From Deltaproteobacteria bacterium (GTDB lineage: Bacteria; Myxococcota_A; UBA796; SXON01), in NCBI GenBank assembly GCA_014191855.1, contig BJHF01000027.1, positions 488-64,487 on the forward strand: a DNA stretch of 64,000 bases. The letters are read 5' to 3'. This document shows positions 26,365 through 35,100 of this stretch, piece by piece. Position numbers and translations under genes: made by a program. The notes beneath the pieces are model-generated. The model was not told where the DNA came from. It searched no databases and saw only the letters and a program-made list of their open reading frames with translations. Position 1 is the first letter of the stretch; every line of letters starts with the position of its first letter.

Positions 26365-27105
26365 ATGACCGACCTCCTCGCCCGCATCGGCCACTTCGGC
26401 GTCTTCGCCGGCCGGGTGGCTTGGCGTGTCGTCACGCCGCCCTGGAACTTTGGGGACTTCTTCCGGCACGCATGGATCGTTTCGCTGCGGTGCCTGGGTC
26501 CGGTCATCGCAGTCACGTTCCCGTTCGGGATGGTGATCGGCCTGCAGGGCCTCGCGATCTTCAACATGTTCGGCGCCCAACGCCTGCTCCCGAGCCTCAT
26601 CTCCGTCGCGGTGCTGCGCGAGCTCTCGCCAGTCCTCGCGAGCGTGTTGGTCGCGGCGCAGGCGGGCAGCTCCTACGCCGCGGAGCTGGGCAGCATGCGG
26701 ATCAAGGAGGAGCTGGACGCGACGGAGATCATGGCGGTAGACAGCTTGCGGTGGCACGTCGCTCCGCGCGTTGCCGCGTTGATCCTGGCGTGCCCCATCC
26801 TCAACACCCTTGGCGATGTCGCCGGTTTGGCGGGCGGCTACACGATGTCGGTGCTCATCAAGGGGGAGCCGGGCGGCGTGTTCATGGCGAACCTGTGGGG
26901 CTTCACGCACGCCGAGGACCTCTTGGCGGGGCTGATCAAGACCTCCATCTTCGGCGCGATCATCGGCTTGATCGCCTGTTATCACGGCTTCTACACCACC
27001 GGCGGTGCGGCCGGGGTCGGACGGGCGGTCAACGACACGGTGGTGCGGGCCACGCTCACCTTCTTCGCGGCGAACTACATCATCACGTCGGCGATGTTCG
27101 CGTGA
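26365..27105 (+). CDS. mlaE: MlaE/YrbE-family ABC permease (copy 1)
   Basis: LRELSPVLASVLVAAQAGSSYAAELGSMRIKEELDATEIMAVD is the MlaE/YrbE signature. Confidence 0.88.
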   Translation: MTDLLARIGHFGVFAGRVAWRVVTPPWNFGDFFRHAWIVSLRCLGPVIAVTFPFGMVIGLQGLAIFNMFGAQRLLPSLISVAVLRELSPVLASVLVAAQAGSSYAAELGSMRIKEELDATEIMAVDSLRWHVAPRVAALILACPILNTLGDVAGLAGGYTMSVLIKGEPGGVFMANLWGFTHAEDLLAGLIKTSIFGAIIGLIACYHGFYTTGGAAGVGRAVNDTVVRATLTFFAANYIITSAMFA

Positions 27106-27839
27106 AGGCGCTCGCTTGGATTGGGGGGCTGGCCTGGTTCGGCGTCGACTGGGCGCGCTCCAGCCTCAGTTGCCGTCCGCCCGCAGGGAAAACCCTGGAG
27201 GAGGCCTACCGCATCGGGGTGCAGTCGCTGCCGGTCCTGTTGACGATCAGCTTCTTCGTGGGGACGAACCTCGCGCTTCAGGGCTACAACGCCTTCGTTC
27301 CGCTCGGCGGGCAGCGTCTGGTGGGGATGTTCGTCGCGATGGCGGGCGTACGCGAATTGGCGCCGCTGATCGCCGCCGCGATGGTGGCCGCGAAGGCGGG
27401 CACCGAGATGGCTTCCCAGATCGCCGTCATGCGCACCCGTGAGCAGATCGACGCGCTGGAGGTGATGGCCGTGAACCCGTACTGGTTCCTCGTCACGCCG
27501 AGGTTGTATGGGATCATCCTCGTGATGCCAGCGCTCACCCTCATCGCGGTATTCGTCACCCTCGTCTCCTCGTTCCTGGTGTCCGTGTTCCAGCTCGGCC
27601 TGAACCCCGCCACCTTCCTGGAGTTCGCCCGGGGCTCCACCCGGATGCGCGACATCTTCACGGGCGAGGTGAAGGCGCTGGTGTTCGCGCTGATCATCTG
27701 CTTTGTGAGCTGCTATTGCGGCTTTGTGTCCGAGAAGGGCCCCGAGGGCGTGGGCAAGGCCACCAACCAGGCGGTCGTCGTGAGTTGCATCTTGTGTGTT
27801 ACCTTCAACTACCTTGTTTCACAGGTGCTCTATGGATGA
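27102..27839 (+). CDS. mlaE: MlaE/YrbE-family ABC permease (copy 2)
   Basis: The GTG start overlaps the previous stop (GTGA). VRELAPLIAAAMVAAKAGTEMASQIAVMRTREQIDALEVMAVN is a second copy of the same signature. Confidence 0.85.
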   Translation: MKALAWIGGLAWFGVDWARSSLSCRPPAGKTLEEAYRIGVQSLPVLLTISFFVGTNLALQGYNAFVPLGGQRLVGMFVAMAGVRELAPLIAAAMVAAKAGTEMASQIAVMRTREQIDALEVMAVNPYWFLVTPRLYGIILVMPALTLIAVFVTLVSSFLVSVFQLGLNPATFLEFARGSTRMRDIFTGEVKALVFALIICFVSCYCGFVSEKGPEGVGKATNQAVVVSCILCVTFNYLVSQVLYG

Positions 27840-28623
27840 GGCACCCGTCTCGCTCGTCAACGTACACAAGCGCTTTGGGGCGCTCACCGTGCTCGATGGC
27901 GTGAGCTTCGACATCCCGAAGGGGCAGACGACCGCCATCATCGGGCCCTCCGGCACGGGAAAGAGCGTGCTTTTGAAGCACATCGTCGGGCTGATCCGTC
28001 CGGACGAAGGCGAGGTGCGGGTGTTCGGCACCAACATGGCGAACGCGCCCGAGAAAGCGGTCTACGCCGTGCGCAAGCGCCTCGGGATGTTGTTCCAAGA
28101 CGGCGCGCTTTTCGACTCCCTGTCCACCGGGGAGAACATCGAGTTTCCTCTGCGCCAGCACCACCCGGAGCTCTCCGCCGCCGAGCGTCGCGACCGGGTG
28201 GACGAAGCCCTGGAGATGGTCGAATTGCCCGGGCTCTACGACCGACCGACGCCGGCGCTCTCCGGAGGGCAACGCAAGCGCGTCGGCCTCGCCCGCGCCA
28301 TCATCACGCGGCCCGAATTGATCCTGTTCGACGAGCCCAACTCGGGCCTCGACCCGATGACGTCAGATGCCATCGACGCCCTCATCGGCCACCTGAAGGA
28401 GACGCTGCACGTCACCTTCGTCGTGATCACCCACGACATCGTGGGCACGATCAACGTCGCCGACCACATCGCGATGCTCTACCAGGGCAAGCTCGTGGCC
28501 TGGGGCACACGCGACGAGGTGACGCATGCGGATCACCCCATCGTTCGCAGGTTTCTCGGTCGAAACCTGGTGCTCCCCTCCCCGGACGATCCCCGCCCTG
28601 CCGCGCTACCGCGTATCGACTGA
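27832..28623 (+). CDS. mlaF: ABC transporter ATP-binding protein (MlaF-like)
   Basis: GPSGTGKSV (Walker A), LSGGQRKRVGLARA (signature) and ILFDEPNSGLDP (Walker B). The start at ATG 27832 overlaps the permease end by 8 nt. Confidence 0.92.
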   Translation: MDEAPVSLVNVHKRFGALTVLDGVSFDIPKGQTTAIIGPSGTGKSVLLKHIVGLIRPDEGEVRVFGTNMANAPEKAVYAVRKRLGMLFQDGALFDSLSTGENIEFPLRQHHPELSAAERRDRVDEALEMVELPGLYDRPTPALSGGQRKRVGLARAIITRPELILFDEPNSGLDPMTSDAIDALIGHLKETLHVTFVVITHDIVGTINVADHIAMLYQGKLVAWGTRDEVTHADHPIVRRFLGRNLVLPSPDDPRPAALPRID

Positions 28624-28649
28624 GCCGCAGAGTCGCGTTACCCGGCGGC

Positions 28650-29582
28650 GTGTCCCGCAGGCATGAGGTCGGAGTCGGACTGCTGGTCGTGGGGGCTACC
28701 GCCATCCTCGGCTTCATGGCGTTGCAGGTGGGCGCGATCAGCGGGATCGGCACCACGATCCAGGTGAACGCCACGTTTCCGGATGCTTCTGGGCTCACAG
28801 AGGGCGCCGTGGTTTCGGTGGCGGGGGTGCCGGTCGGCCGAGTCGAGCACCTCGGGGTGGTGGAAGGGCGCGCGGTCGCCGACCTGTCCTTGCAGAAGTC
28901 GGCGCAGCTCCGGCAAGATGCGAGGGTCGCGGTGCGCGCGCGTTCGGTGCTGGGCGAGAAGTACGTCGAGGTCACGCCCGTTTCCACGACAGCGCCGCTG
29001 CTCGAAGATGGTGGCGCAGTCGCGACGATCAGCTCGCCGGTGGAGATCGACCAGCTCGTCAGCTCGCTGGGTCCGCTCGTGAAGGCCTTCGATCCGGAGG
29101 CGCTCAAGATCCTGACCGACGCGCTCAAGGCCGATCCGGAGCGGGCAACCCGGATCCTCAACGACGCCGAGCGGCTACTGCACAACGCCGCCATCGCCAG
29201 CGACGCGCTCCCCGAGATCGCGGAGCGGGCCAAGTCCACGCTGAGCAGCGTCGAGCGCACCAGCGATCAAGCCCGCCCGGTGATCGCGCATGCCGACGGC
29301 ACCCTGAGCAAGATGGAGGGCGCGGTGGACCGGGCGGATGCGCTGCTCGCCGGCATCGACCCCAAGGAGATCGACGCGTTGATCGCAGAGCTCACCGAAG
29401 CCGCGAAGGAAGGCCGCGTCGTGATCCAGAAGGTGAACCGCAGCACGGGCAAAGTCGAGCGCTTGCTGGACAAGGCAGATGCGTTCACCCGCGAGGATTG
29501 GCTCCGGATCACCCAGGAAGAAGGCATATTGATCCGGCTGAGCCCGCGGGACGCCGCGGCGTTGGCGAAAGAGCCGAAGTAA
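28650..29582 (+). CDS. mlaD: MlaD/MCE-domain substrate-binding protein with long helical C-terminus
   Basis: N-terminal TM helix. FPDASGLTEGAVVSVAGVPVGRVEHL...RARSVLGEKYVEVTP is an MCE domain. The tail is coiled-coil-like. Confidence 0.85.
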   Translation: MSRRHEVGVGLLVVGATAILGFMALQVGAISGIGTTIQVNATFPDASGLTEGAVVSVAGVPVGRVEHLGVVEGRAVADLSLQKSAQLRQDARVAVRARSVLGEKYVEVTPVSTTAPLLEDGGAVATISSPVEIDQLVSSLGPLVKAFDPEALKILTDALKADPERATRILNDAERLLHNAAIASDALPEIAERAKSTLSSVERTSDQARPVIAHADGTLSKMEGAVDRADALLAGIDPKEIDALIAELTEAAKEGRVVIQKVNRSTGKVERLLDKADAFTREDWLRITQEEGILIRLSPRDAAALAKEPK

Positions 29583-29584
29583 CC

Positions 29585-29625
29585 GACGGCGCCTGCAAAC
29601 GGTCGCCGCGCAAGACGCGGCGCCG
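29585..29625 (+). repeat. REP-like element, family 2 (left copy): GACGGC..CCTGC..AAAC + hairpin CGCCGCG-CAAGA-CGCGGCG
   Basis: It starts 3 nt after the mlaD stop. The 22-mer CGCCGCGCAAGACGCGGCGCCG (29604-29625) recurs inverted at 30201-30222 with one mismatch. A degenerate copy lies at about 43476-43500 (-). Confidence 0.6.
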
Positions 29626-29671
29626 GTTGGACGCTCCGCTTGGGATCAGCGGCGTGCGGGCAGGCACGTTG

Positions 29672-29690
29672 GCATAACAAAGGTTTATGC
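29672..29690. repeat. AT-rich palindrome GCATAA-CAAAGGT-TTATGC (dif-like)
   Basis: Perfect 6-bp inverted repeat with a 7-nt spacer, in an otherwise GC-rich non-coding region. The inner arms resemble XerC/XerD half-sites (GCATAA / TTATG). Confidence 0.3.
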
Positions 29691-30028
29691 TGGGTCCTGC
29701 CGGGGCCGGTTGCCCCAGCGCTCCCCTCGAAGACTCGGGTCGGCTGGCGCAACCAACCCCGTCACCCGGACCAGCGGCGCATTGTCCACCCCCGGTGGCT
29801 CCCGCGAGAACGGCGGTGGAGATCCCAAGCTCGCGCAACGGCTGGCTGCGGCGGCTGCGGACGGTTGGCGGTCGTCAGCGTTCTTGCCCAAATCGCAAAC
29901 CGTGATCAGTCGGTCTATGACCGCCTGAGCCTGTTTCCGGCACTCACCCCCCCGGCGAACACGATCCAGCCGTCGCAGCAAGCCTCCGCGGGATTCTCAG
30001 GGTCTACCGGTCGTTTCCATGGTGAACC

Positions 30029-30140
30029 GAATGTTGTCGGGGGCGCTGGAGGGCCGGGTGACGGCTCAGGCCGTCGCCGCCGAGCGGCGCTGCGACGCGA
30101 GCGCGGCGGCGGCGTGGGCCGGCAGGACCCGACAACAATC
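30029..30140. repeat. long-range inverted repeat enclosing a structured GC-rich segment
   Basis: TGTTGTCGGG (30032-30041) pairs perfectly with CCCGACAACA (30128-30137). This extends to 13 nt with one mismatch. An inner perfect hairpin GACGGC-TCAG-GCCGTC lies at 30060-30075. Confidence 0.5.
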
Positions 30141-30200
30141 TGGCTTCTTTCCTTTCCGCGGCGGAGAATCGCTGCCGCCACCCCGAGGCACCCGCCGTGA

Positions 30201-30245
30201 CGGCGCCGCGTCTTGCACGGCGAGTTTGGACACACGCAGGCCGTC
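30201..30245 (-). repeat. REP-like element, family 2 (right copy, inverted)
   Basis: The reverse complement reads GACGGCCTGC...AAACT CGCCGTGCAAGACGCGGCGCCG. It starts immediately after the stop of the minus-strand transporter gene at 30246. Confidence 0.6.
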
Positions 30246-31388
30246 TCACCCCCGAAACGTCCGGCTCTCGCGCCAACGTTCGAGGAGGTACCCGCCAATC
30301 ACCGCGAGGGCGGCCGTGGCCGGAACGGCGAGCACGATACCGAGGATCCCCAGCAGGTTGCCGCCCACGATCAGCGCGACCATGACCACCATGGGGTGCA
30401 GCCCCACGCGGTCGCCGACGAGCAGCGGCGTCAATACCGTGCCTTCGAGGGCCTGACCGAGAATGAAGGTGCCCGCCACGGCGCCGACGTGCCAATCGAA
30501 GCCGAACTTGAGCAGCGCCAGCGAGAGCGCGAGTGAACCCGTGAGGAGCGGGCCGACGTAGGGGACCAGAAACAGCGCCCCGCCGAGCAGCCCCACGGTG
30601 ATCGCGAGGTCGATCCCCGACACCATGAGGCCGAGCGAGTACACGCAGCCGAGCACGAACGCGACGGTGAGCTGGCCGCGAACCCAGCCGGCGAGCCGGG
30701 CGTCGATCTCGCCGACGAGGCGGCCGACGACGGAGCGCGCCGGAACCGGCACCAAATCTCCCACGTAGGCCACGAGGTGCGGCCAGTCGCGCAACAGAAA
30801 GAACGTGAACAACGGGAGCAGCGACAGGGATATGACGGAGATCACGAGGGACAAGCCGCCAGACGCCGCGTTCTTCGCCCACTCCTGGAGCTTGGCGCGG
30901 AAATCGGGGCTGAGGTCCTGGAGGTACTTCGGCCCGAGCTTCCCGAGCTCCTGCAGGTCCACCGGGATGTCGATCTTGAACCGGGCTTCGATCGCGGCGG
31001 ACCACGGGCCAACGTGCGCGTTGAGGTTGTCGATGTACGGGTTGAGGTTCGCGCTCAAGACGGCGATCTGGTGGACCGTGTTCGGGAGCACACCGACGAT
31101 CAGCACGAGCAGCCCGCTAAAGATCGCAGCCGTCACGACGAAGATCGCGAAGGAGCGGGAGGCGCCCCGCCGCTGCAGCTCGGAGACTGGCCGATCGAGC
31201 AGCCACGCGAATACCGCCGCTGCGAACAGGATGAACAGCACCGAGCGGGTAACGTACACGAGCGCGCTGCCGACGGCCGCGGCGGCGATCACCCAGCCGA
31301 GCCAGGAGCGCGTTTGCGCGGGCGGGACGCGCCGGCGGATGGGCAACGAGGCGTTCGCTTCACCCACGTGGGAGCGCGACCGGATCAC
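30246..31388 (-). CDS. AI-2E family transporter (PerM/YhhT-like permease)
   Basis: Polytopic protein containing FLLRDWP...GQLTVAFVLGCVYSLGL...LLGGALFLVPYVGP...HPMVVMVALIVGGNLLGILGIVLAVP, typical of AI-2E/UPF0118. The exact start is uncertain. Confidence 0.88.
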   Translation of the reverse strand: MIRSRSHVGEANASLPIRRRVPPAQTRSWLGWVIAAAAVGSALVYVTRSVLFILFAAAVFAWLLDRPVSELQRRGASRSFAIFVVTAAIFSGLLVLIVGVLPNTVHQIAVLSANLNPYIDNLNAHVGPWSAAIEARFKIDIPVDLQELGKLGPKYLQDLSPDFRAKLQEWAKNAASGGLSLVISVISLSLLPLFTFFLLRDWPHLVAYVGDLVPVPARSVVGRLVGEIDARLAGWVRGQLTVAFVLGCVYSLGLMVSGIDLAITVGLLGGALFLVPYVGPLLTGSLALSLALLKFGFDWHVGAVAGTFILGQALEGTVLTPLLVGDRVGLHPMVVMVALIVGGNLLGILGIVLAVPATAALAVIGGYLLERWRESRTFRG

Positions 31389-32140
31389 GGGCCGACCACG
31401 ACCACGACCTTCACGTGCAGGAGGAAGTCGCTCCCGGCCTCTGCGGCGAGGATCTCAGCGGCGCTCCCAGCGCCGAACACCAGGTCGGTGCCATCGCGAA
31501 CCGAGTCCGGCCGTACGAAGAGCGGCGTGTCCCCGGCCCGCTTCGCGCCGGTCGGGTCGGCCGGATCGCGAACGTACACCACCGGCCCGTGAAGGCTGGC
31601 CGCATACGCCGTCATATCGCCGATCCCGAACAGGTGCGCGCCAGCGGCATCGAAGAACTCTGGCGCCAGCGCGCAGTCCAGCTTCAAGCCGCGAGCATCC
31701 ACCACGAGGCCGGAAGCGCCACCCGGGGCTCCGGGGCGCTCGGGCGTGTGAGCGAAGGTGACCAACGCCGGCCGAAGCCAGGACTGCAGGTTCAACGCGG
31801 CATCCAGCTCGACAAGGCCGCTGGCCAGGTAGCGGGCCTCGAACACCTCCCACAGGGAGAGGTTGCTGTCGAGGCGATCCGCCACGGCGTCTCCGGCGTC
31901 CAAAAGGGACCCCGCCAGCCGCGAGTGATCCACGCGAACGGCGCGAGCGAGCCGCTGAAAACTCGGCTCGAGCTTCTCTCGGGCATCGCCTTCGGCGGCC
32001 TCGAGGTTGTCCATCGCGCCAGTCACGCCGCCGCCCGTGGCGTGCACCACGAGGCGCAGGTTGGTCCAGTCCACGGCGCCGTCGTCCAGCTCCTCGAGGA
32101 CGGGGTCGAACGCGAACGCGGCGGAGAGGAGCAGCATCAT
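31385..32140 (-). CDS. hypothetical secreted protein, stop-start coupled to dnaE
   Basis: The ATG at 32140 overlaps the dnaE stop (ATGA). MMLLLSAAFAF is a signal-like N-terminus. 251 aa with no family recognised. The upstream ORF extension was rejected. Confidence 0.6.
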   Translation of the reverse strand: MMLLLSAAFAFDPVLEELDDGAVDWTNLRLVVHATGGGVTGAMDNLEAAEGDAREKLEPSFQRLARAVRVDHSRLAGSLLDAGDAVADRLDSNLSLWEVFEARYLASGLVELDAALNLQSWLRPALVTFAHTPERPGAPGGASGLVVDARGLKLDCALAPEFFDAAGAHLFGIGDMTAYAASLHGPVVYVRDPADPTGAKRAGDTPLFVRPDSVRDGTDLVFGAGSAAEILAAEAGSDFLLHVKVVVVVGP

Positions 32141-35100
32141 GGGGTGAGCACCAGGGCTTCGGGGCGACCGAATAGAGAACGTACCCCGTCCACGAGCTTC
32201 GGTGTTGCCTTGACCTGCCAAGACCTGCCGACGCTCAGCTCGGCACGAAAGCGACCCGGCTCCTCCACCACCAGGCGCGTTCGGCAGTTGCCCGGGTTCT
32301 GCGTGAACAACTCCTTGAGCTGAAGCAGCACTTCCTCCGTCAATTCCGACGCCCGCACCCGAAGCTCGGCCTTTCCGATCATCCGCTCGCGCAGATCTTC
32401 CATCGGCTCGCACGCCTCCAGCCGCAGCGACCGCGGCTTGTCGGGCTGCTGCTCCACCTTCGCCCGCACCGCGAGCGGCTTCTCCACCTCCAGCATGGCG
32501 GAGAACTTCGCCAGGGTGTCCTTGAACAACACGGCATCGATGCTGCCGGACGGATCCTCGAAGGTAACGAACGCCATCGGATCGCCCTTTTTGTTCCGGA
32601 TCACGCGCTTGCCCGTGATGATCGCGCAAATGCCGTGCTCCTTCCCGTTGCGGGAGTAGCCGGATTCGATCTCCACCGTAGCGAGGTCGGCGATGCACTT
32701 GAAGCCGAAGCCTTCAATCTCATCCGCGAACGCGGTGACCGGGTGCCCGGTGAGGAAGAAGCCCAGGGCCTCCTTCTCGTTCTTCATGCGCTCGCCCACC
32801 GTCCACTCGCCGACGTTGCTCATCCGGAACGCCGGCGCCACATTCCCGCCGCCGCCAAACAGCGACACTTGCCCCGCTGCCTTCTGGGCCTGCTCATCCG
32901 CGGCGGCCGACATCGCATCCTCAAGCGCGCCCGCGAGCCGCGCGCGCGGCAGCCCGAACGTGTCCATCGCCCCGCACCTGATCAGCGACTCCCACACCTT
33001 CTTGTTCACCTTTCGCGCATCCACGCGCCGCAGGCAATCCATGAAGTCCTTGAACGGCCCGCCCGTTCGACGCGCCTCCACCATGGCCTCCACCGCGCCC
33101 TCACCCACCCCCTTCACGGCGTGCAACCCAAACCGGATCGAGCGGCGGTCTTCTTTCGGAACGTCGAAGCGGCCCACGCTCAGGTTCACGTCTGGCGGCA
33201 GCATCCGGATCCCCGACTTACGACAGTCGCCCGTATACAACAACACCTTGTCGGAGTTCCCCGCGTCGATGCTCATCAACGCGGCCATGTACTCGGCTCT
33301 GTGGTTCGCCTTGAGCCAGGCCGTTTGGAAGGAGATGAAGCCATACGCGGCGGAGTGGCTTTTGTTGAAGCCGTACTCGGCGAACTTGGCCAACAGATCG
33401 AACAGGTCGCTGGCTTTCTTCTCGTCGTGTCCCCGCTTTACCGACCCCTCCACGAAGCGGACCTTCTGCCGGCCCATCTCTGCCGCGTCCTTTTTGCCCA
33501 TCGCGCGCCGCAGCAGGTCGGCCTCGCCCAGGCTGTACCCGGCCAGCACCTGGGCGCACTGCATGACCTGCTCCTGGTACACGATCGTGCCATACGTGTT
33601 GCTGAGGATCTCCTCCAGCTCTGGGAACGGGTACTCCACGGCCTTCCTGCCGTGTTTCCGGTCGATGAAGTCGTCCACCATGCCCGAGCTCAGCGGTCCG
33701 GGCCGGTAGAGCGCCACCAACGCAACGAGATCGTCGAGGCAGTTCGGGCGCAGCTTGGTGAGCAGGCCCCGCATGCCGTCCGACTCAACCTGGAACACAC
33801 CCAGCGCGTCCCCTTTGATCAGCATTGTCCACGTGGCTTCGTCGGCCTCGGGAACGCGCAGGATGTCGATGCGCTCGCCGGTGTTCCGCTCCACCATCGC
33901 CACGGCGTCGCGCACCTGGTCGAGCGTCTTGAGCCCGAGGAAGTCGAACTTGATCAAGCCGATGCTCTCGGCCGACTTCATGTCGTACTGCACCACCGGG
34001 CCGCCCTCCGGCCCGTCCCTGTATAGCGGCGCGATCTCCACGAGCGGCCGATCTCCGATTACGACGCCCGCTGCGTGCACGCCCGTCTGTCGTACCGCGC
34101 CTTCTACCGACTGCGCCAACGTAACGACGCGCCGCACCTTCGGGTCCATCTCGATGAGCGCCCGGAGCTTGGGCTCTTCTTTCACCGCGTCTTCGATGGT
34201 GATGTTCAGCCGCTCGGGCACCAACTTGGTGATCTTGTCCGACTCCGGGAACGACATGTCGCAGATCCGCGCCACGTCTTTCAGCGCCGCCTTCGCCTGC
34301 AATTTTCCGTAGGTGATGATCTGCGAGACCAGGGGCGCGCCGTACTTTTCGCGCACGTGCTCGATCACCTCCTCGCGCCGATCCTGCGCGAAGTCGACGT
34401 CGATGTCGGGCATCGAGATGCGCTCGGGGTTGAGGAAGCGCTCGAACAACAACGCGAACCGCACCGGATCGATATCGGTGATTCGCATCGCCCAGGCCAC
34501 GACGGACCCGGCCGCGGAGCCACGGCCCGGCCCGACGGGGATCCCCCGGTCCTTCGCCCAGTTGATGAATTCGGCGACGATCAGCAGATAGGCGGGGAAG
34601 CCCATCTTGATGATCATCGTCAGCTCACCTTCAAGGCGCTCCTTGTAGATGGCGTGCTGATCCTCCGCAACGTACCGCAGCCGCAGATCCAACCCCGCCC
34701 GGCCATACCAACGAAAATAACCGCTGAGCGTACCGCCCTCTTCGGGGCGCGCCGCGGGGATCGGAAACTCCTGGGAAGGCGGGAACGCATCCAAAAAGAA
34801 GCGCCAGTTCTCATCCGTCTCCCCGCCTTTGTCGGGCGGAACGGAGGCCGGGAAGTAGTAGATGCCACTCGGGAACTTGTAGTGACAGGCGTGTGCGAGG
34901 GAGTGCGTGCGATCGATCGCTTCGCCATCCTCGGCGAACAGGTCACGAACCTCGGCCTCGGACTTCAAGTACTGCTGGTCGGTCTGCTGCCGGGGCCGCG
35001 CCTTGTCCCCCAGCGATGCGCCCATCGCGATGCCATTGAGCAGGTCGAGCTGCACCGCGTCGGTCGGCTTGAGGTAGCGCACCTGGTTGGTGACCACCGT

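Noticed and set aside
29669-29692. Sigma-54 or sigma-70 promoter reading of TTGGCATAACAAAGGTTTATGCT.
   Set aside because: After the TGGCAT, the GC of a -12 element would be at the wrong distance. In the sigma-70 reading, TTGGCA to TATGCT has only an 11-nt spacer.
29583-30245. Known structured RNAs in the long spacer: RNase P RNA, SRP RNA, 6S RNA, or a cobalamin riboswitch (GAGAATCCC / GGTGAAC strings).
   Set aside because: The diagnostic motifs are absent on both strands. These are GAGGAAAGUCCGGGC and ACAGAACCCGGCUUA for RNase P, AGGUCCGGAAGGAAGCAGC for SRP RNA, and the B12 box with the GGGAA..GGUG..AAUCC..GCCACUG core for the riboswitch. There is also no downstream gene for a riboswitch to control.
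29640-30298. Candidate small protein genes inside the 663-nt spacer: ORFs 29640..30200(+), 29685..29981(-) and 29915..30298(-).
   Set aside because: They have Arg/Pro/Gly-rich or otherwise implausible sequences and non-ATG or weak starts. They have no Shine-Dalgarno, only moderate third-position GC bias, and they overlap one another. None looks like a real protein.
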